Shown here piece by piece: positions 40,447-49,362 of a stretch of DNA of 64,000 bases. Origin of the DNA: Bacteroidales bacterium (lineage in GTDB: Bacteria > Bacteroidota > Bacteroidia > Bacteroidales > UBA4417). Every line of letters begins with the position of its first letter. Position 1 is the first letter of the stretch. A program made the translations under genes and the position numbers. Where the stretch lies: the NCBI GenBank assembly GCA_038212135.1, contig JBBQUX010000003.1, positions 350 through 64,349 of the forward strand, read 5' to 3'. A model generated the notes under the pieces. It was not told the DNA's origin, did no database searches, and saw only the letters and a list, made by a program, of their open reading frames with translations.

Positions 40447-41142
40447 TTAACGGATGAACTCCTCATGATCACCCTGAAAACGGAAGCCAAGCCGCTTGCC
40501 TGTGGTCATCTTCATATTGTCAAGTGTGGTTTGGATATCAGCAACTGTAACCATCTTAAGTGCATCAAAATGAGGCGTGAGCAAGTCGAAATTAACAGTA
40601 TATCTGATTGCCGATTCGAGGATTGTGCGCACCGATTCGCGCGTTATTACCGAAGACTGAAAATTATTGTATAATTGCCCAACTTCGCGCTTACCTTCGA
40701 CAAAATAATGATTTTCATTATTCACGAAGATACGGCCTATCATATATCCCAGGTCATTCATCCGGTTGTATTTGAATGAATCGGCCAGGAAGTTGAATAT
40801 CATTATTATACCGCAATATGAGCGCTTAGTGTTTTCATGAATATAACTGGTTTTCATTACTTCATGATCGCGTGAAAATTCAAATATGTTGGTATGCATG
40901 GTGAAAATGAGTACATCACCCCCAAACCTGAGTTCGGCTTCGAATTCACCTTTGTCGCGGTATTCGAAAGGTACCTGGAGCGGGTCAGTCATAAACTTTT
41001 GCCTGTATTCGGTATCAAGTTCTATCAATACGGATTTGAAGAGCCGGAAAGTTTCAAGTGTGTTTCTGTATACTTCCTGTTTAAAAGCAGCTTTTTTTCT
41101 GAGACCAGGAAAGAGCTCATCATTTGGTAATATATCCATCAT
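40447..41142 (-). CDS. Conserved hypothetical cytoplasmic protein
   Basis: 231-aa ORF. No signal peptide and no motif recognised. Confidence 0.7.
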   Translation of the reverse strand: MMDILPNDELFPGLRKKAAFKQEVYRNTLETFRLFKSVLIELDTEYRQKFMTDPLQVPFEYRDKGEFEAELRFGGDVLIFTMHTNIFEFSRDHEVMKTSYIHENTKRSYCGIIMIFNFLADSFKYNRMNDLGYMIGRIFVNNENHYFVEGKREVGQLYNNFQSSVITRESVRTILESAIRYTVNFDLLTPHFDALKMVTVADIQTTLDNMKMTTGKRLGFRFQGDHEEFIR

Positions 41143-41196
41143 TGTTGTGATTATTGAGGTTATAAAAGTAAGTTAATAATCAGATTTTCATACCGC

Positions 41197-42759
41197 TTAC
41201 TTTTTATATTTTTTCACAACAGCCTGTGCACAACGAACGCCATCCATGGCCGATGACACGATTCCACCGGAGTAACCGGCTCCTTCTCCGCAAGGGTAGA
41301 GTCCCGGAAGATTGATATGCTCCAGTGTATCGCTGTTGCGGGGAATTCGCACCGGTGATGAAGTGCGTGATTCAGTTCCCAAAATTAACGCTTCGGAGGT
41401 ATGAAAGCCTTTCATCATTTTATCGAACTGTAGAAATGCTTCCTGTAGTCTTACAGATACAAAAGAAGGCAGTATTTCGTGCAAAGGAGCCGAAACAATT
41501 CCGGGGTAATAGGAACACTCAGGCAAAGAAACCGAAACTATTCCTCTCGTAAAATCGCTTATCCGCTGTGCCGGGGCTGCCTGGCTCATTCCGGCGGCAC
41601 GCCAGCATGCATCTTCCACACGGCGTTGAAACTCAAGCCCGGCGAACGGCCCGTATTCCGAAAGATGCGCAATGTCCGATGGATCAATCTGAACAACAAT
41701 TCCTGAATTGGCAAAAGGAGAATTACGCCGGCTGTTCGACATTCCATTAACCACAACCTGCCCTGCTTCGGTTGCGGAGGGTACAATAATTCCTCCAGGG
41801 CACATGCAGAATGAGAAAACACCACGGCCTTCGACCTGTTTCACCAGGCTGTAAGTTGCGGCTGGTAAGTAAGGATCGCGTGGCGAGTGGTGGTATTGGA
41901 TAGTATCGATAAGTTCCTGTGGATGCTCGGCACGCACTCCGAGTGCAAAGCTCTTTGCTTCGAGGGCCAGTCCTTTGTTGTGTATAAGTTCATAAATATC
42001 CCGTGCTGAATGTCCGGTAGCCAGGATTACAGCCTGCGCTTCATAACGGTTACCAGCTTTGTCTTCAACACCTTTTATCTTATTGTTAAGAATAAGGATA
42101 TCGGAAATCCGCCTGTTGAAATAAATCTCGCCTCCCGCTTCAAGAATTGTTTGACGCATAGCTCCCACAATGGCAGGAAGCTTATCCGTTCCTATGTGGG
42201 GATGACTATCAATAAGTATATCTTCCGAAGCTCCATGCGAAACCAGAACCGAGAGGATTTCATCAACATTTCCCCGCTTTGTTGACCGGGTATAAAGTTT
42301 GCCGTCACTATAAGTGCCGGCTCCACCTTCGCCAAAGCAATAATTTGAATCAGGATTAACAATGTGTTCGCGGTTTATCCGTGCAATATCAAATTTTCGG
42401 GCTTTTACATCTTTCCCACGCTCAATCACGATGGGTTTCATCCCGTTTTCAATCAGTGTAAGTGCGGCAAAAAGACCTGCCGGACCCGCTCCAACAACAA
42501 TTACCGGAATTTTGTGACTAACGTCAGCAAAATTTTTGCGGATGATTTTATGAATTTCTTTTGGTTGTTCGTCAATATATAAATCGGCTTTAAGCCTTAT
42601 TTTTACTTTCGATGAGCGGGCATCAACCGACCGTTGAACAGGTTCCAGGTGTTTAATCCTGCCAGGCTGAATTCGAAGTGCATGGGCAAAGGCAGTTTTC
42701 CATCCCGAAGGGTCAGCAGCCTGTTTCGGGGTCATGGCGATTTCAATTTCTTTACGCAT
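41197..42759 (-). CDS. NAD(P)/FAD-dependent oxidoreductase (COG2509-like)
   Basis: Rossmann motif VIVVGAGPAGLFAA and the C-terminal GEGAGYSGGI motif. Confidence 0.88.
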   Translation of the reverse strand: MRKEIEIAMTPKQAADPSGWKTAFAHALRIQPGRIKHLEPVQRSVDARSSKVKIRLKADLYIDEQPKEIHKIIRKNFADVSHKIPVIVVGAGPAGLFAALTLIENGMKPIVIERGKDVKARKFDIARINREHIVNPDSNYCFGEGGAGTYSDGKLYTRSTKRGNVDEILSVLVSHGASEDILIDSHPHIGTDKLPAIVGAMRQTILEAGGEIYFNRRISDILILNNKIKGVEDKAGNRYEAQAVILATGHSARDIYELIHNKGLALEAKSFALGVRAEHPQELIDTIQYHHSPRDPYLPAATYSLVKQVEGRGVFSFCMCPGGIIVPSATEAGQVVVNGMSNSRRNSPFANSGIVVQIDPSDIAHLSEYGPFAGLEFQRRVEDACWRAAGMSQAAPAQRISDFTRGIVSVSLPECSYYPGIVSAPLHEILPSFVSVRLQEAFLQFDKMMKGFHTSEALILGTESRTSSPVRIPRNSDTLEHINLPGLYPCGEGAGYSGGIVSSAMDGVRCAQAVVKKYKK

Positions 42760-42866
42760 GTAAAAGGGTATATGAATTCTAATTGACCAAAAAGAGTATT
42801 AATTTCCAGCTGAGGAATTAACAAACAATCCCTAAGGCTTGATGCCTGATGCCGGTATATCAAAGA

Positions 42867-43646
42867 CTATTCAAAAGTAAAGGAAATCTGGAACATTTTG
42901 GACGACATACGGTCAACAGCATCGGTATATATAGTGTTGTCACGTTTTAAAACATCGAACAAACCGTATGACATGGTTATTTCGGTTCCAAATTTAAAAT
43001 AAGCTGTGTAAAAATCAAATCCTACCCCGCCGAGGGCATAAATATCCTTACGGTTTATAAAGACATATGCTGAACTGTTATCAGCTTTCTTCTTAGCATT
43101 TGATGCAAGATCGAGAGCCCATTTGCCTCCCGCAAGCACGTAAGGCCTTACATTATGAATTCGTTTTCCCTTAAACCGGACCCAAAGAGGAAATTCGACG
43201 AAAGTGGACTGAATATTCTTGGTAACATAGAGTAACTGAGGCTCAGGTGAATTGTAATAACTTTGAATAGTATAATCCAGGTTTCGTTCGCCAAATGTGA
43301 GCGAAGGGGTAAATCTAAGATCGAAATACTCTCCAAGTCGCAGGTTGCCTACAATTCCGATTACAAAACCGAAAGTCGGAGCCGCTTCCATACTAAAAAG
43401 ATAAGCAGAATCAAGGTTTTGATCAGGTACGGATTGGTATTCTTCATTATTATAATAAATTTTTTTCTGGTAGCCGGGAAAAGTATTGATAGTGAAAAAC
43501 ATCTCATTAACGCCCAAAAGGAACCCAAAATGATAAGGTGCCAGGTCGTAATTGGGATTATTCGGAACTTGCCTTGATTGTGTATAGGCCTTGAATGAAA
43601 AGCAAAGCAATACCAGAATGACATAAAGTTTAGGTGTCCGCAGCAT
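42867..43646 (-). CDS. Outer-membrane beta-barrel protein, PorT/SprT-like (T9SS-associated); function tentative
   Basis: Signal peptide, alternating beta-strand pattern, position immediately downstream of ubiE. Confidence 0.75.
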   Translation of the reverse strand: MLRTPKLYVILVLLCFSFKAYTQSRQVPNNPNYDLAPYHFGFLLGVNEMFFTINTFPGYQKKIYYNNEEYQSVPDQNLDSAYLFSMEAAPTFGFVIGIVGNLRLGEYFDLRFTPSLTFGERNLDYTIQSYYNSPEPQLLYVTKNIQSTFVEFPLWVRFKGKRIHNVRPYVLAGGKWALDLASNAKKKADNSSAYVFINRKDIYALGGVGFDFYTAYFKFGTEITMSYGLFDVLKRDNTIYTDAVDRMSSKMFQISFTFE

Positions 43647-43744
43647 GAAAATTATTGAATAATTTATAAAAACGGAGCAATTGTCACTTTAGTATGTTTT
43701 GTGCTCATGCCGCCCAAATTACATGATTTTCAAATAACCGTCTT

Positions 43745-44464
43745 TCACTTTTTCCCGATATAGAGATTTGTGATCCCAAAACTGAGACTGATAAATTCAG
43801 CCTGCCTGAAACCCGAAGCCAGCATTATTTTTATAAACTCATCATCCAGGGGGAATGCGGCCACTGATTCAGGTAAATACGTGTATGCTGTACTATGTTT
43901 TGAAACCAAACGACCGATCATTGGTAATATAAACCGCGAATACAAACCAAATAATTGCTTAACAGGAAATTTCCGGGGTTTCGAGAATTCAAGAATAAAA
44001 GCCCTCGAACCGGGTTTTAATACCCTGCACATTTCGCTCAATCCTTTCGGGAGATTTTCGTAATTCCGAACCCCGAAAGCAACCATGGCGGCATCAAATT
44101 CATTATCCATAAAAGGAAGGTTTTCGGAATCGGCTTTTTGTAAAGTGATAATCTTATCCAGACCCAGTTTCTTTACTTTTTCCAATCCGATTGCCAGCAT
44201 TTCTTCAGCAATATCAGTGCCCGTAATATTTTCGGGATTTATTTTGGCAGCAGCAATAGCAAGATCACCTGTACCGGTAGCCAGATCAAGTATGCGGCGC
44301 GGGTGGTCCTGTGCCATAAGTACTACCAGCCTTTTCCTCCATCCACGATCAATTCCTGCCGATAACAGATGGTTCAGCAAGTCGTATCTGCCGGCAATGT
44401 CGTTAAACATGACCTGAACCTGTTGCTTTCGGCCCGGTGATTGAGTGATGGGAGGTTTCGACAT
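43745..44464 (-). CDS. ubiE: Demethylmenaquinone / ubiquinone-family C-methyltransferase
   Basis: FNDIAGRYDLLNHLLS.G.D..WR and the SAM motif ILDLATGTGD. Confidence 0.92.
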   Translation of the reverse strand: MSKPPITQSPGRKQQVQVMFNDIAGRYDLLNHLLSAGIDRGWRKRLVVLMAQDHPRRILDLATGTGDLAIAAAKINPENITGTDIAEEMLAIGLEKVKKLGLDKIITLQKADSENLPFMDNEFDAAMVAFGVRNYENLPKGLSEMCRVLKPGSRAFILEFSKPRKFPVKQLFGLYSRFILPMIGRLVSKHSTAYTYLPESVAAFPLDDEFIKIMLASGFRQAEFISLSFGITNLYIGKK

Positions 44465-44589
44465 GCTTTAATTCGGTTGTTTTTAAATGAGAACTGTGTA
44501 ATTTTAAATGTTTCCAAGCTTTGTCAGGACACAGAATCCGACATCTCTTAAAAAGGTTCCTCTGTTTATTAAGTTGGTAAAAATAGATT

Positions 44590-44794
44590 GACGGAAGTCA
44601 GGAGGCTGGAGTCGGAAGTTCCCTTGATGACTTCTATTTTCTCATTAAAGTTGAGCTTGATTAGCTAATTCCATGTCTTCGAATCGTTATCGTAAAAGTA
44701 ATGTTAAATTTCAAATCAGAACCGTTCTTCTGTCTTCGGTCTTCCGTCTTCGGTCTTCCGTCTTCGGTCTTTCGTCTTCTAACTTCCGTCTTCC
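44590..44794. repeat. Inverted arrays of GTCTTCS heptamers flanking a ~100-nt core in a 410-nt intergenic gap
   Basis: Right arm 44724-44794: gtcttcg gtcttcc gtcttcg gtcttcc gtcttcg gtctttc gtcttct aacttcc gtcttcc. Left arm 44590-44623, in the opposite orientation: gacggaag tcaggag gctggag tcggaag. Confidence 0.8.
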
Positions 44795-44874
44795 TGTCCA
44801 TAAAAGCCAAATTCCATTCAATTCGTGGTAGAAGCCTTAAAAATAATAGATTTACTGAAAACCTGACGAATTAT

Positions 44875-45882
44875 TTACTGCAGTTCAGTTATTGCTTCCT
44901 TCATTAATATGGCTTTGTCAACAGGCACAACACCTGATTTTTCGCATACCAGTCCACCAGCTATATTTGATAAGGTCGCTAAAATGGCAGGACCGGTTTT
45001 TGATGCAAGGCAAAGCGCAGCCATGCTAATAACGGTATCTCCCGCGCCCGAAACATCTGCAATACTGCGCATCAAAGCCGGAATGATTTTTGTTTCGGCC
45101 CCGTCCGGATTTTTTGAGCTGATAAAAATGCCGTGTTCGGATAATGTGATCAATACTATATTTATATCTTGAGTGGTATGCAGTAATTCTGCAGCATTCC
45201 TGAGGCTTTCAACTGATAGGGGATCAATATTAAGATTTAAGCCTTCACTGATTTCTTTCAGATTGGGTTTAAAAAGAGTTATCCCTGTATAGCAATCAAA
45301 ATTATTCTTCTTGGGATCAACAGCAACAGGGATTTTTCCAGCAGAAGCCATCAAAGATATTTTCCCGATTACTTCGGCTGACAGCACTCCTTTATTATAA
45401 TCCTGAATAATGATAACATCAGGTTTGTACGAAACCAGAAGTTGCGAAATAGAATTTATGAAGTCAGCAGTGTCCCTGGTATTTAAATCGATGTCAATTT
45501 CTTCGTCAACGCGGAGCATTTGCATGCGATTGCCGATGATACGGAATTTCGAAGTGGTGATCCTTTCCTTGCTGCGAATGATTCCTTTAGTTGTAAGACC
45601 TTCTTTCTTCATCAATTCAAGCAGAACATCACCTTGTTTATCGTTGCCAATAACGGAGCATAAAACAGCATTGGCACCCAATGCCTTTAGGTTGAGAGCT
45701 ACATTTGCAGCACCTCCCAGCAAATTATTTCTTTGTTTAAGGGCAACCACAGGAACCGGAGCCTCCGGCGAAATGCGATCTACCTTACCTATCAGGTACG
45801 AATCGACCATCACATCCCCGATTACAAGCACCCTGCAAGTATTGAAACTACTGAACAGTTGCCTGATCTCTTGTTCTGACAT
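44875..45882 (-). CDS. PfkB-family sugar kinase, D-glycero-beta-D-manno-heptose-7-phosphate kinase (RfaE/HldE domain I)-like
   Basis: VLVIGDVMVDSYL.G.V.RISPEAPVPVV and DVSGAGDTV motifs. Confidence 0.88.
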   Translation of the reverse strand: MSEQEIRQLFSSFNTCRVLVIGDVMVDSYLIGKVDRISPEAPVPVVALKQRNNLLGGAANVALNLKALGANAVLCSVIGNDKQGDVLLELMKKEGLTTKGIIRSKERITTSKFRIIGNRMQMLRVDEEIDIDLNTRDTADFINSISQLLVSYKPDVIIIQDYNKGVLSAEVIGKISLMASAGKIPVAVDPKKNNFDCYTGITLFKPNLKEISEGLNLNIDPLSVESLRNAAELLHTTQDINIVLITLSEHGIFISSKNPDGAETKIIPALMRSIADVSGAGDTVISMAALCLASKTGPAILATLSNIAGGLVCEKSGVVPVDKAILMKEAITELQ

Positions 45883-45939
45883 GGTTATATTTTGTTAAAG
45901 TAAAATTAAATTTCCAGGTGGAAACACCTGATTTGCAGG

Positions 45940-47142
45940 TCACTTCAATTTCGAAAGGGCTTCACTGATACGCCTGATAGCTTCCCGGAGGTTGTCCTCG
46001 GAAGTAGCGTATGAAATGCGTATACAATCGGGCGAACCGAAAGCAGCCCCTGGAACTGTTGCTACAAAAGCAGTATCAAGAATGTAGTCGCAAAGGTCTG
46101 ATCCTGATAAGATTATTCTTTCTCCGTTCGATTTTCCGTAATACGATGTAACTTCAGGGAAAAGATAAAAGGCACCATCCGGTACATTGAGTTTTACTCC
46201 GGGTACCTCACGCAAAAGGCTGATGGCCAGGTCGCGGCGATACCGGAACGCATCAACCATGAGTTTAATGTCGTCACTTTTGGCTGGATCGGTATTCATA
46301 GCGACAATGGCTGCACGCTGGGTGATAGAGCATGCTCCTGATGTTATTTGTCCCTGGAGTTTATCGCAGGCTTTAGAGATTTCCTTCGATGCAGCCATGT
46401 ATCCCAGGCGCCAGCCAGTCATGGCAAAGCCTTTGGAAAGTCCGTTTATTACTATTACTCTGTCGTAAATTTCCTCAAAACCAGCTATGCTGTGGTGTTT
46501 ACCAATGAAATTTATATTCTCGTATATTTCGTCAGAAATAATAAAAACCTGAGGATGGCGGGCAAAAACTTCTGCGAAAGCTTTTAGTTCATCAAGTGTA
46601 TAAACTGTACCCGATGGATTGCAAGGGCTGCTGAAAATGAACAGCTTGGTATCAGGTGTAATGGCTGCTTCAATTTGTTCGGCAGTTACTTTAAAATCGG
46701 CTAGGATGCTACTGTCGATAAAAACACCTTTTGCACCTGCCAGTTTTATTATTTCTTTATACGAAACCCAGTAAGGAGCAGGGATAAGTACTTCCTGGCC
46801 TGGATTAACGAGGCAGAGAATTGCATTGGCCAGAGACTGTTTTGCGCCTGTTGAAACCACAATTTGTTCAGCAGTATAATTCAGGTTATTGTCGCGTTTC
46901 AGCTTGTTTGCAATAGCCTGCCTGAGTTCAGGATATCCGGGAACCGGGGTATAATGCGTATAATTCTGATCGATTGCTTCTTTTGCCGCTTCTTTTACAT
47001 GATCGGGAGTATCAAAATCTGGCTCGCCGATACTCAGGTTTATAACATCAAAACCTTGAGCACGCAATTCGCGGCTTCGGCGGGTCATGGCCAGTGTTTC
47101 CGATTCGGCAAGCAGGTTTATCCTGTCTGACAAGTAGTTCAT
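45940..47142 (-). CDS. Class I/II PLP-dependent aminotransferase (aspartate aminotransferase-like)
   Basis: SKGFAMTGWRLGY (PLP lysine), NPSGTVY and the ~400-aa length. Confidence 0.92.
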   Translation of the reverse strand: MNYLSDRINLLAESETLAMTRRSRELRAQGFDVINLSIGEPDFDTPDHVKEAAKEAIDQNYTHYTPVPGYPELRQAIANKLKRDNNLNYTAEQIVVSTGAKQSLANAILCLVNPGQEVLIPAPYWVSYKEIIKLAGAKGVFIDSSILADFKVTAEQIEAAITPDTKLFIFSSPCNPSGTVYTLDELKAFAEVFARHPQVFIISDEIYENINFIGKHHSIAGFEEIYDRVIVINGLSKGFAMTGWRLGYMAASKEISKACDKLQGQITSGACSITQRAAIVAMNTDPAKSDDIKLMVDAFRYRRDLAISLLREVPGVKLNVPDGAFYLFPEVTSYYGKSNGERIILSGSDLCDYILDTAFVATVPGAAFGSPDCIRISYATSEDNLREAIRRISEALSKLK

Positions 47143-47171
47143 TGTTCGAGGTTTTAATACAATATGAAGAG

Positions 47172-47179
47172 CAAAAGTA
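47172..47179 (-). promoter_or_regulatory. Candidate -7 box (TActTTTG) for the aminotransferase gene
   Basis: Plus strand CAAAAGTA, ~30 nt upstream of the start at 47142. Confidence 0.4.
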
Positions 47180-47375
47180 GAAAAATTATTATCCTAAATC
47201 GTAATCCCTGTTGTTGTTTGTTAGCAAAATAACACCGATTGTGGATAAATAACAGAATCACAGATGATTGTAATATTAAGAGTTTGCTTTTACGAAAATA
47301 GCGGATATTTTTGATCAAAAACGTGAATAAGTTTCAATGTATACATTGGTTTTTAAAGGAGTACAACCCGCACAG

Positions 47376-47429
47376 AATGCTCATCGTTTTATTGCAGAAA
47401 TATATTCTGCAAATGAGTGAGCATTTTTT
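47376..47429 (+). terminator. Terminator-like hairpin plus T-run with no upstream CDS on its strand
   Basis: AATGCTCA...TTGCAGA-aatatat-TCTGCAA...TGAGCATT followed by TTTTTA. It ends 30 nt before the ATG at 47460. Confidence 0.5.
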
Positions 47430-47459
47430 ACGAAATTTGCACGGAAAACAAATACTACC

Positions 47460-47984
47460 ATGCAGTCATTATTCGAATTATTAAAATACACTGTTCCATC
47501 GTTGGTTGTACTTGCCGCAGCCTATTTTTTGTTAAAAATGTTCCTCGACAAGGAATCTGAGAAAAACCAGGTTCAAATGAGAATTGATGTGCAAAAGATC
47601 AGCCTCCCGGTTCGAATGCAGGCCTACGAGCGACTAGTGCTTCTGCTTGAACGAATTGAGCCTGCCGGATTGTTGGTTCGTACCAATATGCCAGGTATGA
47701 CAGCTTCGCAGTTGCAATCGGCATTAGTTCAGTCTATCCGTTCGGAGTTCGATCATAATCTGTCACAGCAATTATATGTTTCGACCAAAGTTTGGGAAAT
47801 GGTAAGGAATGCGCGGGAGGAAACCATCAAACGTATCAACACTGCTGCACTGAAACTTCCGGCTGATGCCAGTTCCGCCGACCTTGCAAGCCTTATTCTT
47901 ATATACGATATCGATGCTGCCCTGTCAGCTGTAAAAGGAGCTCTCGATCTTTTGAAAACGGAAGCACGGAATAATTTTTTCTGA
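47460..47984 (+). CDS. Conserved hypothetical protein with N-terminal TM helix
   Basis: 174-aa ORF; VPSLVVLAAAYFLLKMF is a TM segment. Confidence 0.7.
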   Translation: MQSLFELLKYTVPSLVVLAAAYFLLKMFLDKESEKNQVQMRIDVQKISLPVRMQAYERLVLLLERIEPAGLLVRTNMPGMTASQLQSALVQSIRSEFDHNLSQQLYVSTKVWEMVRNAREETIKRINTAALKLPADASSADLASLILIYDIDAALSAVKGALDLLKTEARNNFF

Positions 47985-48106
47985 TTTTTACTCTCATTTG
48001 ACCGACCTTCCATTTCAAAACTTTTGTTGATTTATTCAATGTATGGTTTCCGGATTGAACCATCTGTCGATAATATTGTTTAATTATTTATAAAAAATAT
48101 TAAACA

Positions 48107-48565
48107 ATGCGACGATTAGAATTTGTTCAGTTTGTGCCTGCCCCGCTTGATGTAGTTTGGGATTTCTTTTCCTCACCCTCCAATCTTTCGAAAATTACTC
48201 CTCCTGAAATGGGTTTCATTATTACCTCTGCGGTGCAACCCGAAATGTATCCGGGAATGTTTATTACATACACAGTAAGCCCGGCTCTTGGTATAAAGCT
48301 AAACTGGGTTACAGAGATTACACAAACAAGTAATAAGGAATATTTTGTCGATGAGCAACGTCGCGGGCCTTATAGTTTATGGCACCATGAGCATCATTTT
48401 AAAGCAGTTGCAGGAGGAGTCGAAATGAAGGATATCTTATATTACCAGATCCCTTTTGGCATTGTTGGCAGACTTGCAGATGCAATTTTTGTAAAGAAGA
48501 AAGTAAGCAGTATTTTCCACTTCAGGGAAAAGCAGGTAAATAAGATATTCCCTTTAAAACAATAA
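48107..48565 (+). CDS. SRPBCC (START/cyclase-dehydrase-like) family protein
   Basis: 152 aa. The pattern ...VW.FF..P.NL..ITPP...F........M..G......V.P resembles this fold family. Confidence 0.8.
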   Translation: MRRLEFVQFVPAPLDVVWDFFSSPSNLSKITPPEMGFIITSAVQPEMYPGMFITYTVSPALGIKLNWVTEITQTSNKEYFVDEQRRGPYSLWHHEHHFKAVAGGVEMKDILYYQIPFGIVGRLADAIFVKKKVSSIFHFREKQVNKIFPLKQ

Positions 48566-49311
48566 TATTATGCATGTTAATATCAACGTTTTATCATTCT
48601 GTCAGGAGTAAATAGTCTTTTGGTATCGTGCAGAAATTTTGTTAATAAAATTGTAAAAAATCTCAGGTGTCAAAAATTTGGATGAAATGTCAGGCTTTAA
48701 GGTTTCAAAACGGGAAAATAATACCAAAATGAAAAAAAATCTTAAGCGATGTTCGGATTCAGGGACAATATATTTTTCAAATAAATAATGCCCGCGGAAC
48801 GTGCTTCTTTCAGGCATCAAACTCAAGCTTTGCCAGTCAGATAAGTAGTTTTCACAGTAAAATATTCTTTTTCACTTTAATTGAGGACAAATTCATCTTC
48901 CGATACTTCAATTTCAAGATCAGCACCAACCAGTTCAGCCAGCCATTTATAGTCTCTTTTAATAATAAGGCGGATTTCGGTGAATCCAAGAACGGGGAAT
49001 TTTAGAGTTGCTAACATAGTTTTATGATTTAATAATTGGGTTAATACTTTAGTCCATATGAGTTAAAAATAATTCCTATTTATTTATATATCAACCTGTG
49101 TGCCAAAAGTAACTTTGATGCATTCCAAAAAAATATTACATTATTCGGGGGGCTTAAAATTTATATGTTAATTGATCGGTAAATCCGCATTTTCAAAAAT
49201 CTTATCAGCAAGTTCAACGGTATAGAAAATAAACCGATAAGATTTAATGAAGTATGTTTCTACCCACCCGGTTTTTTTTACTGAACAAACATTCATTCTC
49301 TTTCGTTTTAC

Positions 49312-49319
49312 TATCTTTG
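49312..49319 (+). promoter_or_regulatory. Candidate -7 box (TAtcTTTG) for hmgA
   Basis: TATCTTTG lies 44 nt upstream of the ATG at 49363. Confidence 0.4.
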
Positions 49320-49362
49320 AACTAATTCTGAATTAAAATTCATAGCTTCAACAGAGTCAATC

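Noticed and set aside
48602-48826. 74-aa minus-strand ORF as a real gene
   Set aside because: It has a non-ATG start, no motif and an AT-rich context. I kept it only as a possible gene remnant in the finding for 48566-49362.
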